Shown: positions 1-9,018 of the stretch, piece after piece
Numbering within the stretch: the first letter of the stretch is position 1
Layout of the letters: every line of letters begins with the position of its first letter
Assembly: GCA_034660555.1 (NCBI GenBank)
Contig: JAYEJL010000051.1
Span: 1 to 23,278, forward strand
DNA: 23,278 bases
Direction of reading: 5' to 3'
Origin: Thermotogota bacterium
GTDB taxonomy: Bacteria; Thermotogota; Thermotogae; Petrotogales; Kosmotogaceae
Position numbers and translations under genes: made by a program
The notes under the pieces: model-generated
Databases searched by the model: none
Told to the model about the DNA's origin: nothing
The model's input: only the letters and a program-made list of their open reading frames with translations

Positions 1-474
1 TGAAAAAAATCTACAAACTCACCAGAAAAATATTAAAGACACTTATCACTCACAGAAAAATATTTTTGTCATGACGAAATCCACACTTATAACAAGAGAT
101 ATCGACCTGTTGAAAAAATCGGAAGAACTTAATCTGAACATCACAATTACTACGAACAGAGAAGATGTACGAAGAATCTTTGAACCTTATGCACCCCCAA
201 TAGAAAAACGACTGGATACGGTTAAGATACTTAGAAATGCTGGAATAGATACCAATATATTTATGGGACCGGTTTTACCAATGAATTCCGAAAAATTTGC
301 TTTGATGATAAAAGATACAGGCTGTAAGGTTTATCTGGACCCTCTAAACTATCCAAAACTTGATAGAAGAATTTTTTACAAGTATAACTGGGAAAAAATC
401 TGAATACTTCTTATTTCAAAGAAGTTAAACAGACATTTATTGATATACTTGGTTATGAAAGGGTTCAATATTAA
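1..474 (+). pseudogene. SPL (spore photoproduct lyase)-like radical SAM protein, 3' part (5' end outside window), apparently frameshifted
   Basis: ORF 71..403 has family-typical segments TKSTLITRDIDLL, ITITT, RRIFEPYAPPIEKRL and FMGPVLP. The upstream motif KIYKLTRKILKTL lies in another frame (3..74). A plausible C-terminus NLNTSYFKEVKQTFIDILGYERVQY* lies in a third frame ending at TAA 472-474. The frame changes coincide with A-runs at 56-60 and 393-398. The CxxxCxxC motif would be upstream of the window and is not seen. Confidence 0.55.
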
Positions 475-494
475 TTTATTCAAGAGGCGATATC

Positions 495-3344
495 ATGAAA
501 CGATTAAGCAGAAGTGTTTCACTGAAGTTTTTTATTTTTGTGTTGAGTACCATGGCAATATTAATGATTGTACTATCTATTTACTTTATTACCAGTGCAA
601 AAAACGAATACTCAGCTTACTTGAAAGACAAAAAGCAAATTGTTATGAACTGGTTTGTGAACTTCAAGAAAGAATTGCGCTATTCTGCGTTAACACTGGT
701 AGAAAAGGGAGAAGTACTTTCGGGATTTAATTTGGTGGCTTCAAAAGATGCTGATGACGAATTGCAGTTATTTAATAGCGACCTTGATTTATCATCGGAA
801 GAAGTGAACCATTTTCTTAATCAATCAGATAGTTTTTTCAATATTGATGGTACGATTGTATATTTCTCAACATTTAGCTTCGATGAAAGAAGAATATTAT
901 TCGGTGTTTCTTTTGAAAAGGATAAGATTACTGAGTTAACCAACTATGTTGGACAGGACGCTATTTTATTTCTTCAGGCAAAGGACAAATTGGTAATTCC
1001 CGAAGAATTCCTTGAGACCGGTATTTTTGTTAAAGATATAATCGAAGCTCAGGAAGAGGCTGAGCAGTTGCCCTTTACAATAAGCCAAAACAAACCCTTT
1101 TTTGGTTTTTTTGAACCAAAAGATGTTTTTCTTGTCGACAAGTTAACAATCGGAAATGTCGATTTCTACATATTACAGTCGCAAGGATTACTGTCAACTC
1201 TAAAAACAAAACTCCTTCCAATAATATTGATACTTCTTGCCAGTGTAATTACTTTTTCATTGATCTTCTCAAAGTCGCTGAATACTTACCTCTCCATGGC
1301 ATTGAATAACATACTTAAGGGCTTTTCCTCGATGCGCAAAGGAAAATACGAGCGTGTTGACTTGAAGACGGATGACGAGTTGGGACAAATAGCCAAGGAT
1401 CTCAATAATACAATGGGTTTCATTGAAAATACACAGGAAAGACTTAAAAAAACAAACGAATTATTGCAAAAAGCAACTATAGAAGCGCAACAGGCAAATA
1501 AAATGAAATCGGAATTTTTGGCAAATATGTCTCATGAGATGAGAACACCCATGAACGCCATTCTTGGTTTTGCTGAACTTCTTCTGACTGAAGAGACAGA
1601 TAAGGAAAGAAGAAAATATCTGCATACTATATACAAAAGCGGCGAACACTTACTTGACTTAATAAACGACGTTCTTGATCTATCAAAAATAGAATCCGGT
1701 CATATTGAAGTTTATGAAAATATTTTTAATCCACGAACATTAGTTAATCAAATGGTTGAAATGTATTATCCAATGGCAAGATCGAAGAAATTACACCTGG
1801 CAAGCAACATTGATGAAAATGTCCCCGAATATATTATTAGTGACGAATTTAAAATCAGACAAATCTTAACCAATCTAATTTCAAACGCTATTAAGTTTAC
1901 TGAAGTAGGCACAATAACAATTTTGGGTAATTACAGAGAAGGTTACATGATCTATGAAGTTCACGACACAGGCATTGGGATTTCAAGGAAAAAGCTTGAT
2001 AGTGTATTTGAACCCTTCGTTCAAATTGAAAGCAATATGTCCAGACGTTACGGTGGATCAGGCCTTGGTCTTGCAATAACCAAACGTCTCGTGGATCTGC
2101 AAAATGGAACTATCAACCTTAATAGTGAACCAGGAAAAGGAACAACAGCGATTGTAAGAATCCCTTCCAAAGTTCCCTCTAAAAAACAATTGTCTCAATC
2201 AATCAAAGATTCAAAAGAAAATGAAAATATTGCGATAATGATTGTTGGAAATGATGAAGAATACTTTGATTCTCTTTCCAATATATTCAACAAACTTGAT
2301 CTGAAATACAAAATGATAAGAGATATTCCACTAATAAATCACTATCTAAAACAAGATGATTACAGATTGGTAATAATCAACAATTTTGATCTTGATGAAT
2401 CACAAAGAAATAATTTGTTTAGCGAGAAATTCCAGTCTATAGATGTTCCGGTAATTTTAGTTGGTAATTTATACAATAAAAAATTACCGTTACCTGAAAA
2501 TCAATTCAGAGTAATAAATGATTTTGATAATGAAAAAGAGTTGATGAGAGCTGTTTCCGAATTCATTCCTGATTTAAAACCTTTTCTTGACAAAAAAACA
2601 ATCAGAATACTGGTCGTTGAAGACAATAAACCTAATCAGTTACTGATTAAAAAGATCCTTGAACGTGCAGGTATCAATGTCGATGTTTCATTCAATGGAA
2701 AGAAAGCTATTCAGATGGTACTTGAAAATGTTTACGATATGGTTATTATGGATATGCAAATGCCTGTTGTAGATGGATATGAAGCTACCCAGCAAATAAG
2801 AAAGATGGGAAATAATATTCCAATCATAGCTCTCACAGCACATACCATGCAGGGAGATGAACAAAAGAGTCTTGAAGCTGGTTGTAATGCATACCTTGGC
2901 AAACCAATAAAACAAAAAGAATTACTTGATATTGTACGATCATTTATCGGTACGTCTGAAAGAGTTACCAAGTCAAATAAACCCCTGTCAAGTCAGGAAA
3001 AGGAAACTACTACCAGCCTTCCTACTAAAAGAGAAAAAAGAATTAGATTATTTGCAGATAATATGGGCATATCTATAGATGAAGCGAAAACGATGTTTGA
3101 AGAATATGGAAGTTTTCTGAGAGAAAGGATTGATATACTAAAAAAATTATTAGATAAGAATGATTTTGATGCAATAGCAGTTGAAGGGCATAGTATAAAA
3201 GGGTCAGGCACTATGTACAGTGTTGAAGAAATTGCAGAAGCGGGAAAGAATCTCGAGTTGTACGCACAGGAAAATAATAAAGCAAAAGTAACTGAAATAA
3301 TCAGCGAAATTGAAAAAATTCAAAAAAAGATATGGCCTAATTAA
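495..3344 (+). CDS. Membrane-bound unorthodox hybrid sensor histidine kinase (2 TM + extracytoplasmic domain, HAMP, HisKA, HATPase_c, degenerate REC, REC, HPt)
   Basis: H-box EFLANMSHEMRTPMNAILG, N-box QILTNLISNAIKFT, G1 VHDTGIGI, F-box VFEPFVQ, G2 GGSGLGLAI. HAMP-like DDELGQIAKDLNNT. REC motifs ILVVEDN, VIMDMQMP, IIALTA and KP. HPt motif GHSIKGSG. SD GAGG at 484-487. Confidence 0.95.
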   Translation: MKRLSRSVSLKFFIFVLSTMAILMIVLSIYFITSAKNEYSAYLKDKKQIVMNWFVNFKKELRYSALTLVEKGEVLSGFNLVASKDADDELQLFNSDLDLSSEEVNHFLNQSDSFFNIDGTIVYFSTFSFDERRILFGVSFEKDKITELTNYVGQDAILFLQAKDKLVIPEEFLETGIFVKDIIEAQEEAEQLPFTISQNKPFFGFFEPKDVFLVDKLTIGNVDFYILQSQGLLSTLKTKLLPIILILLASVITFSLIFSKSLNTYLSMALNNILKGFSSMRKGKYERVDLKTDDELGQIAKDLNNTMGFIENTQERLKKTNELLQKATIEAQQANKMKSEFLANMSHEMRTPMNAILGFAELLLTEETDKERRKYLHTIYKSGEHLLDLINDVLDLSKIESGHIEVYENIFNPRTLVNQMVEMYYPMARSKKLHLASNIDENVPEYIISDEFKIRQILTNLISNAIKFTEVGTITILGNYREGYMIYEVHDTGIGISRKKLDSVFEPFVQIESNMSRRYGGSGLGLAITKRLVDLQNGTINLNSEPGKGTTAIVRIPSKVPSKKQLSQSIKDSKENENIAIMIVGNDEEYFDSLSNIFNKLDLKYKMIRDIPLINHYLKQDDYRLVIINNFDLDESQRNNLFSEKFQSIDVPVILVGNLYNKKLPLPENQFRVINDFDNEKELMRAVSEFIPDLKPFLDKKTIRILVVEDNKPNQLLIKKILERAGINVDVSFNGKKAIQMVLENVYDMVIMDMQMPVVDGYEATQQIRKMGNNIPIIALTAHTMQGDEQKSLEAGCNAYLGKPIKQKELLDIVRSFIGTSERVTKSNKPLSSQEKETTTSLPTKREKRIRLFADNMGISIDEAKTMFEEYGSFLRERIDILKKLLDKNDFDAIAVEGHSIKGSGTMYSVEEIAEAGKNLELYAQENNKAKVTEIISEIEKIQKKIWPN

Positions 3345-3760
3345 ACGATTATTGTAAGTTTATTTTTACCTTCTGAATAACTGTAATTAATGTCTTTGGA
3401 TAGTGATTTTATAAGAAATATCCCCATCCCTCCACGTTCAAGCTTATCGATTTTATCCAGGTCAATATTATGATATTCTTCAAGCAGGTTAAAAGGTTTA
3501 GATTCATCCTCGATTAAAATAGTATAACTGCTATTGTTCTTATCAATACTGACCCAAATTTTTTCGTCGGGAGACTTTTCATACCCATATTTTACGATGT
3601 TAGTACATATCTCGATTACTAGCAAACCAGCTCTAAAGGCAAGTTCATTACCACTTCTTTTTGCTATAAATGAGTAAATTTCTGCTGAAACATCATCTAC
3701 TGCATCAAGTGTCGATGAGATTGTTGTTCTATATGATTCTTTGTTTGTCATATTTTCCAT
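3341..3760 (-). CDS. Anti-sigma factor / Ser-Thr kinase, RsbW/SpoIIAB-like (HATPase_c_2)
   Basis: 139 aa. N-box EICTNIVKYGY, G1-like IEDESKPFN, G2 ERGGMGIFLIKSL. Lies immediately downstream of a STAS gene (1-nt gap). Confidence 0.9.
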   Translation of the reverse strand: MENMTNKESYRTTISSTLDAVDDVSAEIYSFIAKRSGNELAFRAGLLVIEICTNIVKYGYEKSPDEKIWVSIDKNNSSYTILIEDESKPFNLLEEYHNIDLDKIDKLERGGMGIFLIKSLSKDINYSYSEGKNKLTIIV

Positions 3761-3761
3761 G

Positions 3762-4103
3762 TCACAGTTTCCTTATTATTTGCTCAGGAGTTCTGTCATC
3801 CATTAAAAACAATTTATCCAGATTCAATAAAATAAGGATATCTTTCACTTCTTTTCTTAATCTGGATAATATCATCTGTTTTCCAGAAGAAGTAATTGCT
3901 TTGTACATACTAATAACGGAAGCAATACCCATACTGTCAATAAATATAATATTCTGACAATCAAAGATTACCGTTTCTAAACTGTTAAGTCTTTGTTTTT
4001 TAAACCATTTTTTCAGTTCAGCAGATATCTTCCCTGTTAATCTAACTTCTTCATCAAACAATATTATCGCTGCGCCCTTGTTTTCTTTTTTTAAATGAAA
4101 CAT
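3762..4103 (-). CDS. STAS-domain anti-sigma factor antagonist, RsbV/SpoIIAA-like
   Basis: 113 aa. The VIFDCQNIIFIDSMGIASVI segment keeps the Ser directly after Asp that is phosphorylated in SpoIIAA/RsbV. SD-like GGGAGTG just upstream. Confidence 0.92.
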   Translation of the reverse strand: MFHLKKENKGAAIILFDEEVRLTGKISAELKKWFKKQRLNSLETVIFDCQNIIFIDSMGIASVISMYKAITSSGKQMILSRLRKEVKDILILLNLDKLFLMDDRTPEQIIRKL

Positions 4104-4121
4104 AGTTTCACTCCCGGAGGT

Positions 4122-5243
4122 TTAAAGATTGATAGCAATAAAAGTAATGTCATCTTCGTAATATTTGTTCCTTCGATAGTTTTGCAGATATTCTTTTAGG
4201 TCTTTAACAATATCTTCTACCTTACTCGATCCGTGATTTTCCAGAAATTTTTTCAAAAGTTTATATCCAAATGATCCATCATCTTTCCCTCTTAATTCTG
4301 TTAAACCGTCTGAGTAAAGGAAAATTTTGTCCCCTTCATTGAAATCCATTGAATTGACTTCTCCTTTAATCAAATCGATGCCCACAAGGCTTTCATGCGG
4401 GAAGGTAATGTACTCCGCGTGTCCATTTCTTAGAAAAATCGGCATAGGTATTCCAGCATTTGCAAGGTGCAACTTCTTTTCCCCATAATCAATAATCATT
4501 GCAATTATAGTAATAAATAACTCAAAACGTTCAAATTTGAAATTAGACTCCAATTCTTTCATAAAATTTGTCAAATCAAAAAGCAAATGAGAGTTTATAT
4601 AATCCTCAATGAATCTGTGAACCATCACCGAAATCATCGAGGCATTCACACCATGACCGGCTACGTCAACAATATAGACAAGCTTTCGGTCATTTCCAAG
4701 CTCTATGAAATCAAAGATATCTCCACCAACTTTGTAGGATGGTTCATATAACCATGATATCCGTGGTTTTGTTTTTTCAGGAACGGCTGTGGGAACCAGA
4801 GCTCTCTGAATACCCTCTGCAGCTTCTATATCCATTTTAAGATTTGAAACAGCTTCTTGAAGAGAATTAATTAAATTGTGCATTTTCAACTGCGTATTTA
4901 CTCTTAAAAGAACTTCTTCAGGAAGAAAGGGTTTTGTGATGTAATCTACCGCTCCATACTGAAGGGCCTTAATTCTGTTTTCTTTATCTGATGATCCGGT
5001 TAACACTACAATAGGCAAGTTTTTCACATTTGAGTTATTTTTCAAACTCCTTAGTACCTGTAACCCGTTTATATCAGGCAAGATGAGATCGAGTAACACA
5101 AGATCAGGTTTTTTGTTGTCGATTATATTTTCAACACCTGCTCCTCTGTCATATTCCAGAACTTCAAATGAAGACCTCTGCAGTATTTTTTTTAGTAAAA
5201 TCCTTACAGATGGATCATCATCAACGATAAGAACTTTGTCCAT
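4122..5243 (-). CDS. Response-regulator-fused PP2C (SpoIIE/RsbU-family) serine phosphatase, RsbY-like architecture
   Basis: N-terminal REC (VLIVDDD, LVLLDLILP, LTGS, TKPF), then a coiled linker. PP2C metal-binding motifs VGGDIFD, VDVAGHG, YSDGLTE and EDDIT. Confidence 0.93.
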   Translation of the reverse strand: MDKVLIVDDDPSVRILLKKILQRSSFEVLEYDRGAGVENIIDNKKPDLVLLDLILPDINGLQVLRSLKNNSNVKNLPIVVLTGSSDKENRIKALQYGAVDYITKPFLPEEVLLRVNTQLKMHNLINSLQEAVSNLKMDIEAAEGIQRALVPTAVPEKTKPRISWLYEPSYKVGGDIFDFIELGNDRKLVYIVDVAGHGVNASMISVMVHRFIEDYINSHLLFDLTNFMKELESNFKFERFELFITIIAMIIDYGEKKLHLANAGIPMPIFLRNGHAEYITFPHESLVGIDLIKGEVNSMDFNEGDKIFLYSDGLTELRGKDDGSFGYKLLKKFLENHGSSKVEDIVKDLKEYLQNYRRNKYYEDDITFIAINL

Positions 5244-5261
5244 TTACTCGATCCCCCCTAC

Positions 5262-8200
5262 CTACTCAAAATATCTCAGCGCTTTCGCAGGAGACATTTT
5301 TGATGCAATGTAACTGGGAATAAAAGTTGCCATTAATGATATCAGGTAAAATATTATCCCCATACCGAACAATTGGTTCCAGGGTATTGCCATGTTAATT
5401 CCATTGAAAGTAGCAGAACTAAACAATTCCTGGCTCGTCAAAGCTCCTGTTATCATCCCCAGGAGAATTCCTATCAACACGGTAAAGCTTGTTTCTATCC
5501 AGAAAGAACTGAATACCATCTTTTTTGTAAAACCTATGGCCTTTAGCATTCCCACAAGTCTTCGCCGTTCATATAGTGCTTTTACCATTATGATGGCTAT
5601 TCCAACTATGCCGACGATCATCCCAAAATACAAAAATGAACGCAATATATCTATCATACCCCTTATAGTCTGTGTCATAAGTTTTATAAGATGATCAACT
5701 AACAAAGGAATCTGCGCATTTGAATTTGTGATAGTTCTCAGTTCATCCATATGTGATTCCTTCTCTTCTGTGTTGCTACCAAGCAGGTTAACCAGCACAA
5801 TTTTTGTTGCACTGTTAAGAGAATCCTCTGGTAACGCCTTTTCACTGATCATAAAACCAGATAAAAAGGTCAGACTTGAATTCTTTACCTTTCCTATCAC
5901 AGTGAACTCCCCTAAATCCTCCTTGACCTCAACAGAATCTCGAGATGAGTAATGCTCCATAGGCGGGCCTTGAGACATAGGTGAACCTTGACTGCCCGTT
6001 ATTGTTGATAAATTAATTTTATCTCCTACTTCAAGAGAAGCTATCATAGATAGTGCTCCATTCAGAACAACTGTTTTAGGATTTTTTCTCATATAATCCC
6101 AAAGATCTCCAGCAGTCTCAACATTTCCACGTACCTTTGGTATCAATTCAAAATTAGATAATTCTGGAATTTCCTCACTACCGAAATTTTCATCGAATAT
6201 GTATGCTGGAAACCTGGAGACTATTCCAGTGTCCCTATTCAAACCCAGATTGATACTTTTAACACTTGCCATTGAAGTTAAGTAATCAAGATCTTTGTAC
6301 TCATTAGTATCCACATTATCACGGCTCATTGAAAGTATTCCAACATCGTATCCCATAAAAAAGAGGTTTCTACTCTCAACCAGATTTCTTTCCTGAGAAT
6401 ATGGAATAATTGAAATTAATGTAATTATATAAATCACAAGTGCGTACATTGCTATTGTCAATCCGGTTCGCCTTCTATTTCTAGCAGCGAATGCAAGGGC
6501 TACTTTGAAAACCCCTGAACTTCCTCTTAATTTTTTAAATAGTGTAGTTAAGAGCATTTCAAAAATTCTCAGATTGTAAACAACCAGCAACAAACCCGCA
6601 AATAGTATTGTGAAACCTTTAGCTATCATTAGTACTAGAGAATCTCCACTTTGAGAAGATATAATATCTATGCTGTTGCTGAACATGGTGAATATAACAG
6701 CTGCTATACCTGAGAGAGTCACAAATAATCTTCTAATGGAGTCTGGAAACAAAAAAGGAAAAAGTAATACTGCGACGACAAAACCTATGAAAAAACCAAC
6801 AGCACTTGAAGAATTATATGATGCAATCACAACAAGAAGACCTATTATAAATCCAGCAATAGCTACGATCTTAATTATTTGTTTAGATCGTTCCGTAAAG
6901 TACTCTGGTATTCCTCTGACCGCTTTTACGATGTTCATTCTCGAAATTCTTCTGCAAGAATAAAGAACAACTGCCATTGGAACAATTAATCCAAGGAAAA
7001 ATCCATAAAATATTGATTGTGGTTGAATATAAAAGGAAAATGACATCTGAAATGTCTGTCCAAACTGACTGGCCCCCTCAAACGGAATTAGACTAGTAAT
7101 ATTTGTAAACAAATTCACAAATTTATCCAGCAAGAACTCTGATATTCCCATACCTACAGGTACACCAATCATTGAAGCTAGAAGGGAGTAGAAGAAACCT
7201 TCATACAGAACAACCAGACTTACTTTCTTTCTAGTGTATCCCAGTGCCCTGAGCGTCCCAAGTTCTGTTCTACGTTCCTCAGTCAGCATAAGATAAATAT
7301 TAGATAGCAGCAATATCCCAGCCAAGATAGCAAAAAAGCTTAAAGCTAAGAATAATATATCGATATTCGATTGGGAAGCACTCTCTACCTGTTCTTCTTT
7401 AATCTTATTTATTCTTAAGTTGAGACTCTCTGGAGCATTTTCTTCAATTAGTTGTTCGACCCTTGAGCTAAATTTTGCACCAGCAATATAATCACCTTTA
7501 TTAGAGACCAGGAGTTCGGTATAAGCGTTATCTATATTGATCTCCAACAATTTTCTCGCGTTTTCTGGCGTAGTTATGATGGAGCCACCACAGTTGGTCA
7601 TTGCCGTTCCCTGATAACCTAAAATGCCTTCAGTCTCTATAATGTTTTCAATAGTAATTGTTGGAAGTTCCGCCCAAAAAACGAATCTGAGACTGGCATC
7701 TCTCATTAATTCTATTTTGTCTCCAATCTTCAGATCAAGGTTACTTGCAAGCTTTTCTGAAACAATTACACCATTATCAGATAATTCGAAATTAACTTCT
7801 TCATTATTGTTTGAACCGAAATTAGCGATTTTCTCTTCATCAATTCCCATTAACCATACAGTTTCAGAAAAAGCTGGTTCCATATTCTTTGTTTTCCCTG
7901 GAATTCCTACTATTACTTCTTTTGCTACAATAGGGACTACACCATCAACTAATTCTGATTCACGTAACCTTTGCGCGAGTGATGCGATTGTCTCGTGTTT
8001 AATATACGGGTTATTTGTTTCTTTTGTTGTTGCTGTGACAACAACATCAACTTCCCCAAATCTCTTTTCTATTTGCGAAAAAATGAATTTTTGAAACGAA
8101 TCATTCATAGCGAAAGAACCAACTATAAGCGCTGTGCCAATGAGTGATCCTGCAACAACAAGAAAGGTATCGGCTTTTCTTCTAAATATATTTCTAAAGC

Positions 8201-8291
8201 CAATTTTAAAAGCAATTTTGTTTCGTAACATTGAAATTATCACAATAATAAGTGAAGCTGCTATGGCGATTACCAATACATTTATAAGCAT
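5262..8291 (-). CDS. ABC transporter permease, MacB/FtsX-like family, with two permease repeats
   Basis: 1009 aa. Two FtsX-type signatures (TEERRTELGTLRALGYTRKKV and YERRRLVGMLKAIGFTKKMV), two large extracytoplasmic regions, many TM segments and a C-terminal SPAKALRYFE. Confidence 0.9.
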   Translation of the reverse strand: MLINVLVIAIAASLIIVIISMLRNKIAFKIGFRNIFRRKADTFLVVAGSLIGTALIVGSFAMNDSFQKFIFSQIEKRFGEVDVVVTATTKETNNPYIKHETIASLAQRLRESELVDGVVPIVAKEVIVGIPGKTKNMEPAFSETVWLMGIDEEKIANFGSNNNEEVNFELSDNGVIVSEKLASNLDLKIGDKIELMRDASLRFVFWAELPTITIENIIETEGILGYQGTAMTNCGGSIITTPENARKLLEINIDNAYTELLVSNKGDYIAGAKFSSRVEQLIEENAPESLNLRINKIKEEQVESASQSNIDILFLALSFFAILAGILLLSNIYLMLTEERRTELGTLRALGYTRKKVSLVVLYEGFFYSLLASMIGVPVGMGISEFLLDKFVNLFTNITSLIPFEGASQFGQTFQMSFSFYIQPQSIFYGFFLGLIVPMAVVLYSCRRISRMNIVKAVRGIPEYFTERSKQIIKIVAIAGFIIGLLVVIASYNSSSAVGFFIGFVVAVLLFPFLFPDSIRRLFVTLSGIAAVIFTMFSNSIDIISSQSGDSLVLMIAKGFTILFAGLLLVVYNLRIFEMLLTTLFKKLRGSSGVFKVALAFAARNRRRTGLTIAMYALVIYIITLISIIPYSQERNLVESRNLFFMGYDVGILSMSRDNVDTNEYKDLDYLTSMASVKSINLGLNRDTGIVSRFPAYIFDENFGSEEIPELSNFELIPKVRGNVETAGDLWDYMRKNPKTVVLNGALSMIASLEVGDKINLSTITGSQGSPMSQGPPMEHYSSRDSVEVKEDLGEFTVIGKVKNSSLTFLSGFMISEKALPEDSLNSATKIVLVNLLGSNTEEKESHMDELRTITNSNAQIPLLVDHLIKLMTQTIRGMIDILRSFLYFGMIVGIVGIAIIMVKALYERRRLVGMLKAIGFTKKMVFSSFWIETSFTVLIGILLGMITGALTSQELFSSATFNGINMAIPWNQLFGMGIIFYLISLMATFIPSYIASKMSPAKALRYFE

Positions 8292-8292
8292 T

Positions 8293-8991
8293 CTATTTTT
8301 CCATTACCTTTTCTTTAGATGAAATGATTAACCCGCTGTCCATCTGAATAACTCTGTCGGAACCTGACGATATCCTTTCATCATGAGTGACTATTACAAA
8401 GGTCTGGTTATAAACCCTGTTCAATTGCTCTATCAGTTCCATCAATTCTCTGCTTGTTTTCGTATCAAGCGCTCCTGTAGGTTCGTCTGCCCAGATTATC
8501 TTGGGTTTGTGTACAAGTGCTCTGGCTACCGAGACTCGCTGCCTTTCACCACCACTTAATTGTGATGGAAAATAATCTGTCCTTTCTCCCAGCCCAACTT
8601 TCTCAAGTATTTCAGCAGAATCTTTTCTGGCTTTCTTTTCATCATATCCCAGTGTTAAAAGAGCGAGTTCAACGTTTTCAACTGCATTCAAAACGGGTAT
8701 CAAATTGTAAAACTGGAAAATAAATCCCATATTCTTGGCTCGAAATCTTGTCTTCTTGTCATCTGTCAGTCCGTGAATATTTATTCCATCTATGTTTACT
8801 ACCCCGGATGTTGGCTCATCAATACCCGATAAACAGTTCAAAAGCGTGCTTTTACCACATCCTGACGGACCAAGTATAGAGAGTATCTCACCATTGTTTA
8901 TATCCAGATCTATCTCTTTAAGTGCTTCAACTTTGATTTCTCCATTTTTATATGTCTTCATTAATTCTCTTACCTCAACAAATGCCATCAT
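8293..8991 (-). CDS. ABC transporter ATP-binding protein, LolD/MacB/FtsE family
   Basis: Walker A GPSGCGKS, Q-loop GFIFQFYNL, signature LSGGERQR, Walker B IIWADEPTGALD, H-loop VTHD. The start is placed at ATG 8991 (or 8988) because of the SD AGGAGG at 9002-8997, rather than at the track's 9009. Confidence 0.93.
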   Translation of the reverse strand: MMAFVEVRELMKTYKNGEIKVEALKEIDLDINNGEILSILGPSGCGKSTLLNCLSGIDEPTSGVVNIDGINIHGLTDDKKTRFRAKNMGFIFQFYNLIPVLNAVENVELALLTLGYDEKKARKDSAEILEKVGLGERTDYFPSQLSGGERQRVSVARALVHKPKIIWADEPTGALDTKTSRELMELIEQLNRVYNQTFVIVTHDERISSGSDRVIQMDSGLIISSKEKVMEK

Positions 8992-9018
8992 CAGAGCCTC
9001 CTGTACCACTTAAAAAAC

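Noticed and set aside
440..730. 96-aa plus-strand ORF, in frame with 71..403 beyond its TGA (possible readthrough or selenocysteine)
   Set aside because: It overlaps the well-supported kinase in another frame, with no motif and no SECIS-like hairpin after the TGA. A frameshift explains the region better.
1461..3211. Short minus-strand ORFs within the hybrid kinase
   Set aside because: Antisense shadows of a strongly supported gene, with no recognisable motifs.
8992..9009. ORF-track start at 9009 for the ABC ATPase
   Set aside because: The extension contains the SD AGGAGG itself, so ATG 8991/8988 fits better.
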